In this document: positions 36,313-45,968 of the stretch, in pieces
Layout of the letters: each line of letters starts with the position of its first letter
How positions within the stretch are numbered: position 1 is the first letter of the stretch
Assembly (NCBI GenBank): GCA_024638845.1
Contig: JAHEJN010000002.1
Location: 838 to 64,837 of the forward strand
Direction of reading: 5' to 3'
DNA from: Acidimicrobiales bacterium
GTDB lineage: Bacteria; Actinomycetota; Acidimicrobiia; Acidimicrobiales; JAHEJN01
DNA: 64,000 nucleotides
Made by a program: the position numbers and the translations under genes
Notes under the pieces: generated by a model
What the model was told of the DNA's origin: nothing
The model's input: the letters and a program-made list of their open reading frames with translations, nothing else
The model's database searches: none

Positions 36313-37485
36313 GTGGCCGTAGCTCCTGCGTCGTCCGAAGCTGCGTCGCCGAAGCGAGAACGGTGGACGTTCCAGTGGAAGGAGCTCTACGACGAGGTGA
36401 TCACCTCCGGGCTCTGTACGGGCTGTGCGGGGTGCGTCATCGCCTGCCCCCACGATGTGATCGGCTACGAGCACGAGCCCGGCCAGTACAAGCCCTTCCA
36501 CCTCGAGGACGAGCTCGGCCCCACCGATTGCGGCCATGGCCAGAAGGGCTGTACCTCTTGTACGAGAGCGTGCCCGCGCTTTCGCGACTGGGAGACCGAG
36601 GCCGACGAGCATCTGTTCGCCCGTACCCGTGGCGACGACGAGCCCGCCGGCATCTACAAGGACATCCTCCTGTGTCGGGCCAGCGATGACTTCGTCTACG
36701 AGGTCGGCCAGGACGGCGGGCTGGTGTCGGCCATCCTCATCTGGTGCCTCGAGAACCAGGTGATCGACGGCGCGCTCACGTCATTCCTCGAAGGTGGCGA
36801 CAAGGGCGGCTGGAAGGCGGTGCCGGGCCTGGCCACCGATCGAGACCAGGTCCTCAGAGGCGCAGGGAGCCGGTACACGTATTCGGCCAACACGCTCGCC
36901 TACGACGACGCCATGGCCGCCGGTCTCGAGGCGCTCGCGCTCGTGGGTATGAGCTGTCAGACCTCCATCGGCCCGGTGATGTGGCATCGCAGGGTGGGCA
37001 AGGTCGGCAAGCCCATCAAGCTCAACATCGGGCTCCTCTGCTCGAAGAGCTTCGACGATTCGCTCTTCGTCGAGCTGTTCGAGGTCAAGTACGGGCTTCG
37101 TCGCGAAGACATCGTCAAGATGAACATCAAGGGCGTGTTCCAGGTGTGGATGCGCAACGGCGACTACCACGAGATCAAACTGAAGGAGTGCCATGCGTGG
37201 ACCCGCGAGGGCTGCAACCACTGCCCCGACTTCGCGGCCGAGCACGCCGACATCTCCACCGGCGGCATCGGCGACGCCACCGACTGGACCCTGACCATCG
37301 TCCGCACCGACCTCGGACGGGCGGTCATCGAGGCGATGATCGACGACGGTGTCATCGAGACCCAGCCCGGCGACGCCGACCCCGGCGCCATTGCGCTGAT
37401 GAACCGACTGGCCGCCAAGAGCCGCGAACGCTGGCCCGAGTGGGCAGCCGAGCCGGTGCGATTGGGGCTCCCGACCAAGAAGTGA
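36313..37485 (+). CDS. Coenzyme F420 hydrogenase/dehydrogenase beta subunit (FrhB/FdhB) family Fe-S protein
   Basis: Ferredoxin-type CTGCAGCVIACP and CTSCTRACP. FrhB-type motifs: GQDGGLVSAIL, GSRYTYS, VGMSCQTS. Confidence 0.8.
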   Translation: MAVAPASSEAASPKRERWTFQWKELYDEVITSGLCTGCAGCVIACPHDVIGYEHEPGQYKPFHLEDELGPTDCGHGQKGCTSCTRACPRFRDWETEADEHLFARTRGDDEPAGIYKDILLCRASDDFVYEVGQDGGLVSAILIWCLENQVIDGALTSFLEGGDKGGWKAVPGLATDRDQVLRGAGSRYTYSANTLAYDDAMAAGLEALALVGMSCQTSIGPVMWHRRVGKVGKPIKLNIGLLCSKSFDDSLFVELFEVKYGLRREDIVKMNIKGVFQVWMRNGDYHEIKLKECHAWTREGCNHCPDFAAEHADISTGGIGDATDWTLTIVRTDLGRAVIEAMIDDGVIETQPGDADPGAIALMNRLAAKSRERWPEWAAEPVRLGLPTKK

Positions 37486-37504
37486 CGCGGCCGGCGTCGG
37501 CTGC

Positions 37505-37822
37505 TCAGGCCGACTCGCGAATGCAATCGGCGAAGAACTTCGTGTACTCCTCGGGGAACGGCGTGTCGATGTCTTCCCTCAGCGCGTTGTCGAACGCCTT
37601 GAACTCGTCGTACGGCACGTCCGCCTCGAACTTGTCGTAGGCGCAGGTGCACGTCGACATCAGCGCCGCCTCGAGCTGCTGGGTCTGCTCTCCGGATGCG
37701 ACGCATGCCTCGATGAAATTGTCGCGCACCGCCTCGTCGTAGTCGTCGGGTTCGCCCGACGCAGCACACGCACCGCCGAGCAGGGTGAGCGCGATGACGA
37801 GGGATGACAGACGGGTCTTCAC
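37505..37822 (-). CDS. Small Cys-rich lipoprotein
   Basis: GTG at 37822 gives VKTRLSSLVIALTLLGGACAASG (lipobox). The mature part has 5 Cys (IEACVASG, STCTCAYD, FADCI). Confidence 0.55.
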   Translation of the reverse strand: MKTRLSSLVIALTLLGGACAASGEPDDYDEAVRDNFIEACVASGEQTQQLEAALMSTCTCAYDKFEADVPYDEFKAFDNALREDIDTPFPEEYTKFFADCIRESA

Positions 37823-37842
37823 AGCAGATGAGGCTACAAGGG

Positions 37843-38529
37843 TCAGCCCGTGAGTTGACGGGCGCGGGCGAACACGGCATCGAGCATGGTCTCGGTGAGT
37901 CGACCCGTGAAGGTGTTCTGCTGGCTGACGTGATAGCTGCACAGCAGCACCCGGTCGCGCGATCCGGGAATCGGAACCTCGAGGCCGTGGGCGAACTTGG
38001 GGCGCGGCGCGATGCCGAGCTCGCCGCACACTGCCGCGTAACCGATGGCACCGAGGGCGATGACGACGCGCACGTCGGTGAGGAGGTGAAGCTCTCGCTG
38101 GAAGAACCGACGACAGTTCGCCCGCTCGTCGGCCGTGGGCTTGTTCGCCGGGGGTGCGCACTTCACCGGCGAGGTGACGAACGCACCGTCGAGCTCGAGG
38201 CCGTCGGCGCGGTCGCGAGCCTCGGGTTGGTTGGCATAGCCGGCGCGATGGAGGGCACGGTAGAGCCAGTCACCGCTGCGATCGCCGGTGAACATCCGGC
38301 CGGTGCGATTGGCACCGTGGGCCGCCGGGGCCAGACCCACGATGAGCACGCGGGCGGCCGGGTCACCGAAGCCCGGAACCCCCCGACCCCAGTACTCCTC
38401 GTCACGGAACGCCGCCCGCTTGTCGCGTGCGACCTGCTCGCGCCAGCCGACCAGGCGCGGACATCGTCGACATCCAGCGACCTCGACGGCCAGGGCATCG
38501 AGCAGCTCGGCGGAACGGTCTGGGGCCAC
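37843..38529 (-). CDS. Uracil-DNA glycosylase superfamily protein (family 5/UdgB-like, Fe-S)
   Basis: CRRCPRL, GLAPAAHGANRTGRMFTGD, and SYHVSQQN. Confidence 0.9.
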   Translation of the reverse strand: MAPDRSAELLDALAVEVAGCRRCPRLVGWREQVARDKRAAFRDEEYWGRGVPGFGDPAARVLIVGLAPAAHGANRTGRMFTGDRSGDWLYRALHRAGYANQPEARDRADGLELDGAFVTSPVKCAPPANKPTADERANCRRFFQRELHLLTDVRVVIALGAIGYAAVCGELGIAPRPKFAHGLEVPIPGSRDRVLLCSYHVSQQNTFTGRLTETMLDAVFARARQLTG

Positions 38530-38603
38530 GGCGCCACCCTAGGGCTGGGCCGGACCGCTCGGGCGGGCCGTCTCCGGCACCCCTCCCGATAGGGTTCGAG
38601 ACC

Positions 38604-39260
38604 ATGGCGAGTCGCCCGAAGAAGAAGGTCGAGGCTCCCGGGCCGACCACCGTGCTGTTCGTCCGTCACGGCAGGACTCCCACCACCGGCGCCGTTCTGC
38701 CCGGTAGAGCACCCGGCCTCCATCTCGCCGACGCAGGCCTCGAACAAGCCGAGGCCGCCGCGCAACGCATCGCCATGCTGTCGCAGGTCGCAGCCGTCTA
38801 CGCGTCGCCCATGGAACGCACAAAGGAGACGGCTGCCCCGATCGCCAAGGCGCTGAAGCTACGGGTGCGGACCGAACGTGGGCTGATCGAGTGCGACTTC
38901 GGCGCGTGGACCGGACGCAAGCTGTCCGATCTCCGGAAGCTCCCGGCCTGGGACACCGTGCAACGACACCCCACGGGATTCCGCTTTCCGAAGGGCGAAT
39001 CGTTCAGCGAGATGCAGACGCGAATGGTGAGCGCCGTGCATCGCCTGGTCGCCGCTCATCCTGGCGAGGTCATCGTCGCCGTATCCCACGCCGACACCAT
39101 CAAAGCCGCCCTCGCCGATGCCATCGGCACCCATCTCGACCTGTTCCAGCGCATCGTGGTGGGCCCGTGCTCGATCAGCGCGGTCACCTACACGAGTGGT
39201 GGCCCGATCGTCCTCGCCCAGAACTCCACCGGATCGCTCACCGATCTGGTGCCCTCGTAG
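38604..39260 (+). CDS. Histidine phosphatase family protein (MSMEG_4193-type putative phosphomutase)
   Basis: The Met at 38604 is followed by VLFVRHGRT (RHG catalytic motif) and VSHADTIKA. Confidence 0.85.
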   Translation: MASRPKKKVEAPGPTTVLFVRHGRTPTTGAVLPGRAPGLHLADAGLEQAEAAAQRIAMLSQVAAVYASPMERTKETAAPIAKALKLRVRTERGLIECDFGAWTGRKLSDLRKLPAWDTVQRHPTGFRFPKGESFSEMQTRMVSAVHRLVAAHPGEVIVAVSHADTIKAALADAIGTHLDLFQRIVVGPCSISAVTYTSGGPIVLAQNSTGSLTDLVPS

Positions 39261-39264
39261 CGCC

Positions 39265-39765
39265 ATGGGGAACTCCTTCGAGCTCGACGATGTCGATCGC
39301 TTCACCGCGGGCACCATCGGTCCACGAGGCCAGCGCGTGTTCTACATCCAGGCCGTCGCCGGCGCCGAGGTCGTGAGCCTGCGGCTCGAGAAGCAGCAGG
39401 TTCTCGCCCTGGCCGACTACCTCGCTGGTGTGCTCGACGACCTGCCTCAGCCCAGCGACGCGGCGGCCGTGGAGAGTGACCTCATCGAGCCGGTGATCGC
39501 CGAATGGGTGGTGGGCAACATCGGCGTGGCCTACGCCGAGTCCGACGACCGAGTCGTGCTGTGGGCCGACGAGCTCCTCGAGGCCGACGAGCACGACGAT
39601 GCGCCCGACGTCGACCAGGGAACGGCCCGCTTCCGGATCAGCCGCCCCCTCGTAGCTGCCTTCATCCTCCAGGCTCGCGAGCTCGCAGCCGCCGGACGAC
39701 CTCCCTGCCCGTACTGCGGCCGCCCGCTCGACGGCGACGGCTCGTGGTGCTCGTGCCACAACTGA
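39265..39765 (+). CDS. DUF3090 family protein
   Basis: MGNSFELDDVDRFTAGTIGPRGQRVFYIQA... with a C-terminal CPYCGRPLDGDGSWCSCHN. It starts 4 nt after the phosphatase stop. Confidence 0.75.
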   Translation: MGNSFELDDVDRFTAGTIGPRGQRVFYIQAVAGAEVVSLRLEKQQVLALADYLAGVLDDLPQPSDAAAVESDLIEPVIAEWVVGNIGVAYAESDDRVVLWADELLEADEHDDAPDVDQGTARFRISRPLVAAFILQARELAAAGRPPCPYCGRPLDGDGSWCSCHN

Positions 39766-39772
39766 CACTGCC

Positions 39773-40516
39773 GTGAGTGACGAATCGCCGGTTCGCGAAC
39801 GGGGACCCATCTCCGAGACCCAGGCCATCGAGCTGTTGAGCACGGCCGACATCGAGATCCTCGGCCGCATGCCGTGGAGCAGCAACGGCACGTTCCTGGT
39901 CGACCTGGTGGTCGAGATCGACGAGGTTCCGGCCCAGGGCATCTACAAGCCGGCCCAGACCGAACGTCCGCTGTGGGACTTCCCGTCGGGCCTGCACCGA
40001 CGCGAGGTGGCCACCTACGAGCTCTCCCACCAACTGGGATGGGATCTCGTTCCCGCCACGGTCGAGCGTGACGGCCCCCTCGGGATCGGCTCACTCCAGT
40101 TGTTCGTGCCGACCGACTACGACGAGCACTACTTCACCATCGCCGAGGCCGGTTCTCACGTCGACCCGCTCCAGCGGCTCTGCGTGCTCGACATCATCGC
40201 GAACAGCACCGACCGCAAGGGCGGACACTGCCTGGTCGACACCGAAGGCCGGGTATGGGCGATCGACAACGGTCTCACGTTCCACCAGGAGTTCAAGCTC
40301 CGCACGGTGATCTGGGAGTGGGCGGGCGAACCGATCCCCCTGGCCATTCTCGACGACGTCTCAACGTTCGTGGCGGGTGGCCTCGCCGACGCGCTGGGGG
40401 CATTGCTCGATCCCCTCGAACGGGAGGCAACCCTCATCCGGGCGCGTTCGGTGCTCGATGCCGGCCACTTCCCCACCGACCCGACCGGTCGGCGCCATCC
40501 CTGGCCGCTGCTCTGA
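39773..40516 (+). CDS. SCO1664 family protein (PI3/4-kinase-like fold)
   Basis: LGRMPWSSNGTFLVDL...GIYKPAQTERPLWDFP...REVATYELS...NSTDRKGGHCL...IDNGLTFH (kinase-like catalytic loop). Confidence 0.7.
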   Translation: MSDESPVRERGPISETQAIELLSTADIEILGRMPWSSNGTFLVDLVVEIDEVPAQGIYKPAQTERPLWDFPSGLHRREVATYELSHQLGWDLVPATVERDGPLGIGSLQLFVPTDYDEHYFTIAEAGSHVDPLQRLCVLDIIANSTDRKGGHCLVDTEGRVWAIDNGLTFHQEFKLRTVIWEWAGEPIPLAILDDVSTFVAGGLADALGALLDPLEREATLIRARSVLDAGHFPTDPTGRRHPWPLL

Positions 40517-40523
40517 CCGTCGC

Positions 40524-40760
40524 TCAGAACGGAGTGCGGAGTGTACCGGTGCCCTCGCACACGGGACAGGGCCGCAATCCACCCCGGGAGCGGGTCGCAC
40601 CCGAACCCCCGCACTCGAAACACCGATCGTCGTCGGTCAAGGACCGGAGCTCGTCGTCGACGTCGACGTGGCCGTGCACCCGCCCGACCAGCCAACGCAT
40701 CCCAACCGCGCAGATACCGACGACCAAGAGCAGGGCGACGAGGCTCATCACGACGGCCAC
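40524..40760 (-). CDS. Small membrane-anchored protein with a DnaJ-type CxxCxGxG zinc-finger pair
   Basis: N-terminal TM MAVVMSLVALLLVVGICAVGM, followed by CFECGGSG...CPVCEGTG. Confidence 0.5.
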   Translation of the reverse strand: MAVVMSLVALLLVVGICAVGMRWLVGRVHGHVDVDDELRSLTDDDRCFECGGSGATRSRGGLRPCPVCEGTGTLRTPF

Positions 40761-40793
40761 GGATTCAGTGTAGGCAAGCCGGGCGCCGTGTCA

Positions 40794-41753
40794 TCAACGG
40801 GCAGCGAGCGCTTCGAGCAGTTGCGGGAGCACCTTGTGCACGTCGCCCACGATGCCGAGATCGGCCACGCCGAATATCGGGGCCTCGGCGTCCTTGTTGA
40901 TGGCGATGATGTGCTTGGAGCCCTTCATGCCCACCATGTGCTGGGTCGCACCCGAGATGCCGGCGGCGATGTACACATCGGGCTTCACCACCTTGCCGGT
41001 CTGACCGACCTGCAGGCTGTAGGGCACCCAACCGGCGTCGACGATGGCCCGGGTGGCGCCGGCCGCGCCGCCGAGTGCTTTCGCGAGCTGGTCGACCATC
41101 TGGAACTTGTCGGCATCGCCGAGCCCCCGGCCACCCGACACGACCACTCCGGCCTCGTCGAGCTTGGGTCCCTCGGTCTCCTCGACGTGCACGTTGACGA
41201 CCCGTGCGGCACCGGTGGCGCCCAGGTCGGGTACGGCGAGCGGGTGGACCGCCGCCACGCCACCATCGGTCGGCTCGGCGACGAAGGACTTGGGGCGGAC
41301 CAGGAAGATTCCCGGCTTGTCGGTGTCGAACCGAGTGTTCACGTTCACCGTGCCGCCGAAGATGGGCTCGGTGCCCACCAGGGAGTCGCCGTCGACGGTG
41401 AGATCGACCACATTGGTGATCACCGGTGCGTCGAGCCTCACCGACAGGCGGCCGGCGACGTCGCGACCGTCTTTGGTGGTGCCCAACAAGATGGCGCTCG
41501 GGGCCGCGCCCGCCGCAAGCGCGTCGGCGAGGGCGCCGGCCAACGCCGGGCCCACGAGCCCTCCTGCGAGCTCGCCTGTCGCATGAACCGCCGAGGCGCC
41601 GTGCTCGCCGAGCGTGGCGGCGACGGCCTCGCCGTCGCCGGCCACGAAACACTCGACGGTGTCGGCCAGTGCGCGGGCCTTGGCCAGCATCTCGAGGGTG
41701 ATGGAGGCGACCTTTCCATCGGCTGCTTCCGCGTGAACCCAGATCGTTTCCAT
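40794..41753 (-). CDS. etfA: Electron transfer flavoprotein subunit alpha
   Basis: C-terminal FAD-binding region GGRGLG...RAIVDAGW...[22 protein letters not shown]. Confidence 0.95.
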   Translation of the reverse strand: METIWVHAEAADGKVASITLEMLAKARALADTVECFVAGDGEAVAATLGEHGASAVHATGELAGGLVGPALAGALADALAAGAAPSAILLGTTKDGRDVAGRLSVRLDAPVITNVVDLTVDGDSLVGTEPIFGGTVNVNTRFDTDKPGIFLVRPKSFVAEPTDGGVAAVHPLAVPDLGATGAARVVNVHVEETEGPKLDEAGVVVSGGRGLGDADKFQMVDQLAKALGGAAGATRAIVDAGWVPYSLQVGQTGKVVKPDVYIAAGISGATQHMVGMKGSKHIIAINKDAEAPIFGVADLGIVGDVHKVLPQLLEALAAR

Positions 41754-41761
41754 GGGGCCTC

Positions 41762-42541
41762 CTACAGGACCTTCAGTTGCTCGAGATAGGCGACGATGCG
41801 TTCGTATCCGGTGCCGTCGTCCTCGACCACCTCACCGGCCTCCCGCTCGGGTGCCGTCGCCACGTCGACGATCGCCTGGCCTGCTCCGGCCCAGCCGACC
41901 GAACCGGCGTCGATGCCGAGATCGGCGACGCTGAGCTCTGCGACCGGCTTCCCCTTGGCCGCCATGATGCCCTTGAACGAGGGGTACCGAGGCTCGACCA
42001 CGCCGGCAGTGACCGACACCAGCGCAGGCAGCGGGCACTCGATGTCGTCGTAGCCGGCTTCGGTCTGTCGCTGGGCCTTCACGACGCCGTCGGCGATCTC
42101 GACGGACTTCGCGAAGGTCACCGACGGCAGGCCCAACAGCTCGGCGACCTGCTCGGGCACGGTGCCTGTGTATCCGTCGCTCGACTCGGTGCCGGTCATG
42201 ACCAGGTCGGCCTCGACCCGCTCGATCGCCTTGGCCAGCACCTTGGCCGTACCCAACGCGTCGGTCCCGGCCAGGGCGTCGTCACTCACGAGGATGGCCT
42301 CGGCTGCGCCCATGGCCAGCGCAGTACGCAGCCCATTGGTCTCGTTGTGCGGCGCCATCGACACGAGCACGACATCGCCACCACCGGCAGCCTCGGCCAG
42401 CTGCAGCGCCATCTCCACGCCGTAGCTGTCGGACTCGTCGAGGATCAGCTTCATGTCGCGCTTCAGGGCGTGGGTCTCGGGGTCGAGCTCACCCGGATCG
42501 GCGGGGTCGGGAATCTGCTTCACACACACGGCGATCTTCAT
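41762..42541 (-). CDS. etfB: Electron transfer flavoprotein subunit beta
   Basis: The Met at 42541 gives MKIAVCVKQIPDP.... It lies directly upstream of etfA. Confidence 0.95.
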   Translation of the reverse strand: MKIAVCVKQIPDPADPGELDPETHALKRDMKLILDESDSYGVEMALQLAEAAGGGDVVLVSMAPHNETNGLRTALAMGAAEAILVSDDALAGTDALGTAKVLAKAIERVEADLVMTGTESSDGYTGTVPEQVAELLGLPSVTFAKSVEIADGVVKAQRQTEAGYDDIECPLPALVSVTAGVVEPRYPSFKGIMAAKGKPVAELSVADLGIDAGSVGWAGAGQAIVDVATAPEREAGEVVEDDGTGYERIVAYLEQLKVL

Positions 42542-42636
42542 CCCGACAGTGTGGAGCGCAATCGACCCGGTTGCCAACCCGTCGGTGACTCGGGCTTCGA
42601 GAGCACGGCCCGGCCCGTCTCGGTAGCGTTGCGCCG

Positions 42637-43560
42637 GTGCGCGTCCTGCTCATCGCCAATCCCACGGCCTCGTCGGTCACACCGCGGGCTCGCGTGATCA
42701 TCGAGCAGGCCCTGGCGGAGGATCACGACGTCACCGTCGCCGAGACCCGTCGCCGAGGCCACGCCACCCGGCTGGCGCAGTCGGCGGCCAACAGCGGCGT
42801 CGACATCGTCGCGGTGCTCGGTGGCGACGGCACGCTGAATGAGGCGGCCAACGGGCTGGCGGGCACCGACACCGCCCTTGCGTGTCTCCCGGGCGGATCG
42901 ACGAACGTCTTCGCTCGCACCCTCGGACTCCCCGACGAACCGGTCGAGGCCACCGCGATCACCCTCGACGCCATCGCCGCCGGTCGGATTCGGCGGGTCG
43001 GGCTCGGCTCGGTGAATCGCCGATACTTCCTGTTCCACACCGGAATCGGGTTCGACGCATCGGTGGTCGAACAGGTCGAGCGGCGAGGCGACCTGAAGCG
43101 CTACGCGAACCATGCGTTGTTCGCGTGGGCGGCGGTCACGACCTTCCTCCGTCACTACGACCGCTCGAAGCCACGTTTCGCCATCAACTTCACCGACGGC
43201 ACGTCGGTGACCGACGCCTACTTCACCATCTGCCTCAACACCAATCCCTACACGTTCGTCGGATCGCGTCCCTTCGACATCGCGCCCGAGGCCACCCTCG
43301 ATCGCGGGCTGGCCACGGTCACCGTCCGGTCGCTCAAGCTCCGCCGGTTCCTTCCCGTCCTGGCCTGGGGCCTGTTCTCCCCGGCGAGGATCCGAACCAG
43401 CAACGTGGTCGACTACCGGACCGATCTCACCGAGTTCGAGGTGGTCGGCCACGCGCCGTTCCCGTATCAGGTCGACGGCGACTTCCTGGGCACGGTTCGC
43501 AGCCTGAGGCTCCGACACGAGCCCGAGAAGCTGTTGCTCGTCGAGCCGGGCACCGCCTGA
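42637..43560 (+). CDS. Diacylglycerol/lipid kinase family protein (YegS/DagK-like)
   Basis: LLIANP.., VAVLGGDGTLNEAANGL. Confidence 0.9.
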   Translation: MRVLLIANPTASSVTPRARVIIEQALAEDHDVTVAETRRRGHATRLAQSAANSGVDIVAVLGGDGTLNEAANGLAGTDTALACLPGGSTNVFARTLGLPDEPVEATAITLDAIAAGRIRRVGLGSVNRRYFLFHTGIGFDASVVEQVERRGDLKRYANHALFAWAAVTTFLRHYDRSKPRFAINFTDGTSVTDAYFTICLNTNPYTFVGSRPFDIAPEATLDRGLATVTVRSLKLRRFLPVLAWGLFSPARIRTSNVVDYRTDLTEFEVVGHAPFPYQVDGDFLGTVRSLRLRHEPEKLLLVEPGTA

Positions 43561-43576
43561 CGGCTCTCACGGGGCC

Positions 43577-45130
43577 ATGGCACCCATACTGGGCGCCATG
43601 GCCCTCCTCCGCGACATCGGCTCGCTCGTCGTCGTGGCGCTCGCGCTCGCCGGGTGCTCGGGCGGAGCCGAAGTGCGGCTCGAGGCGGCGCCGGCAGTGG
43701 CGCCCACGCCGACGGCTGCGCTCGGCGAGGCGCTCGCGCCGCCTCTGGCGGTGGTCCCGGAAGCCCGGTCCGAGTCGGCCGTCGCCGCCGAACCGACCGG
43801 CGTGGTCGGTCGCGACGGGGTCGGCGACTCGCTCTACGCGCAACTGGGCAACAGCGGGTACGACGTCACGCACTACGACCTGGACATCCACTTCAGCCCC
43901 GACGACCTCGACGGCCCGGGCACCATCGTGGCCCGGGCGACCATCGCGGCCGAGACGACCGACGATCTCGTCTCGTTCAATCTGGACCTCTCCGGCCTCG
44001 ACGTGTCGGCGGTGAGTGTCGACGGTCGGGCTGCGACCTTCGACCGGTCGGGCTCGGAGCTGACGATCGTCCCGGCCGAGCCGATGCCCAGCGCCACCGA
44101 GTTCGTCACAGTCGTCGACTACGCGGGTGCTCCGGCCCCGGTGTCCGTCGAGGAAACGAGCCCGGTGAACGGGTGGACACCGAGCGACGGCGGCGTGTTC
44201 GTCGCCGGCGAACCCACGGGAGCGTCGGGCTGGTTCCCGGTGAACGACCACCCCTCCGACCGGGCGAGCTACACGATCACCGTCACCGCCCCCGACGATC
44301 TCGTCGTGGCGTCCAATGGGATCCTCGTGTCGCAAGACGCCCACGAAGACGGCACGACCACATGGCGCTACGACGCAGCCGCGCCGATGGCAAGCTATCT
44401 CGTGACGCTCGCCATCGACGATCTGATCTTCGTCGAGCAGGGAACCTTCGACGGCGTACTCCTGCGGCATGCCTTCGCCCGCGAGCTGGCCGAGGCGGCT
44501 CGGGCCGACACCGAGCGGCTGCCCGAGGTGCTCGAGTACTACACCTCGGTATTCGGACCGTTCCCGTTCGACGTCTACGGGCATCTCGTCGTCGACCGGC
44601 CCTTCAGCGCGGCGCTCGAGACACAGACCCTGACCGTCTTCGGCTCTGACACGGTCGCGGGAACCGGCATGCTCACCAACATCGTCGTGCACGAGCTCGC
44701 CCATCAGTGGTTCGGCGACGCCGTCGGGCTCGCCGACTGGGGTGATCTGTGGCTGAACGAGGGCTTCGCCACCTACGCCGAGCTCCTCTGGTTCGAGCAC
44801 GACGGCATGTTCACGCGTGATCAGATCGGCCCGCTGATCGTCGGTAACGGCTTTCCCCTCGCTCCTCCGGGCCGGCCCGATCCCACCGACCTCTTCTCAC
44901 CGAGCATCTACTTCCGCGGCGCCCTCACCCTCCATGCCATCCGACTCACCGTCGGCGACGAGGCGTTCTTCGACATCCTGCGGGGCTGGACCGCGGCGTT
45001 CGGTGGAGCGACCGCCACCACCGACGACTTCATCGAATTGGCCGAAGCGGCGAGTGGCCAGACGCTTCGACCGATCATCGAGGCGTGGCTGTACGACGAC
45101 GTCATGCCCGAGCTCCCGCCTGCGGGCTGA
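43577..45130 (+). CDS. M1 family metallopeptidase, lipoprotein
   Basis: Signal/lipobox VVVALALAGCSGG. Zinc site HELAHQWFGD...WLNEGFATY. Confidence 0.9.
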   Translation: MAPILGAMALLRDIGSLVVVALALAGCSGGAEVRLEAAPAVAPTPTAALGEALAPPLAVVPEARSESAVAAEPTGVVGRDGVGDSLYAQLGNSGYDVTHYDLDIHFSPDDLDGPGTIVARATIAAETTDDLVSFNLDLSGLDVSAVSVDGRAATFDRSGSELTIVPAEPMPSATEFVTVVDYAGAPAPVSVEETSPVNGWTPSDGGVFVAGEPTGASGWFPVNDHPSDRASYTITVTAPDDLVVASNGILVSQDAHEDGTTTWRYDAAAPMASYLVTLAIDDLIFVEQGTFDGVLLRHAFARELAEAARADTERLPEVLEYYTSVFGPFPFDVYGHLVVDRPFSAALETQTLTVFGSDTVAGTGMLTNIVVHELAHQWFGDAVGLADWGDLWLNEGFATYAELLWFEHDGMFTRDQIGPLIVGNGFPLAPPGRPDPTDLFSPSIYFRGALTLHAIRLTVGDEAFFDILRGWTAAFGGATATTDDFIELAEAASGQTLRPIIEAWLYDDVMPELPPAG

Positions 45131-45817
45131 TCAGCGGCGGTCGATGGCAGCGCGAGCGAGATCGACGCGGTCGGTGATGATGCCGTCGACGCCGAGGTCC
45201 AGCATGCGTTCGAGGCCTTCGTCGTCATTCACCGTCCAGACGTTGACGGCAATTCCCGATTCGTGGGCTCGCTCCACCAACCGGGTCGTGGTGAGCGTCA
45301 GGAACGGGAGAATGGCGGCATGGCCCCGACCCTTCGCCCGCTCGACGAGCTGGAGGGGGTCGAGGGCATCGAAGGTGACCAGCCCCACCGGGATCGTGGG
45401 GTCGACGGCCTGGATCTGCTCGACCGAATCGGGATTGAACGACGTGACGAGGACGTCTGACGGCGATCGATACGCCGCCACCAGCCCGGCAACGGCGATC
45501 GACGCGTGGTGAGCCTCGTCGTAGTCGGGGTCACCCGGTGAGTTCTTGATCTCGACGTTGATGCCGAGGTCCGGGCACGCCTCGAAGACATCGACGAGGG
45601 TGGGAACGTCGTCGGGGAGCTCGTCGGCAGTCAGACCCACGATCACCCGGCCATCGGTGAGGTGAGCGTCGTGATGCACCACGAGCACGTCGTCGCGGGT
45701 GCGACGCACGTCGAGCTCGATCCAGTCTGCCCCCGATCGCGCGGCGGCGGCATAGGCCGCGAGGGTGTTCTCGCGCGCCGCGACCGCATAGCCACGATGG
45801 GCGATCAGGTTGGTCAT
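45131..45817 (-). CDS. Glycerophosphodiester phosphodiesterase family protein
   Basis: IAHRGY..ENTL.A...A...GAD.IELDV..T.D..LVV.HD. Confidence 0.9.
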   Translation of the reverse strand: MTNLIAHRGYAVAARENTLAAYAAAARSGADWIELDVRRTRDDVLVVHHDAHLTDGRVIVGLTADELPDDVPTLVDVFEACPDLGINVEIKNSPGDPDYDEAHHASIAVAGLVAAYRSPSDVLVTSFNPDSVEQIQAVDPTIPVGLVTFDALDPLQLVERAKGRGHAAILPFLTLTTTRLVERAHESGIAVNVWTVNDDEGLERMLDLGVDGIITDRVDLARAAIDRR

Positions 45818-45968
45818 GACGGCTCACACTACGCGTGCGAGCCGGAAAGACCCCTTGCACAAGTGACACAGCGACTGTAGGTTCTTCGCCGGTCAGGCGT
45901 TCCGGGGGTGCGAACGCCGATCCACCCAAAAGCGTGGTCAACGTGGTCCACGTGAGACAGGAGGCATT

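Noticed and set aside
45863-45878. A possible CRP/Cmr-type site (GTGACACAGCGACTGT) upstream of the whiB1-like gene.
   Set aside because: Only one half-site resembles TGTGA. The second half (GACTG) is a poor match to TCACA, so support is insufficient.
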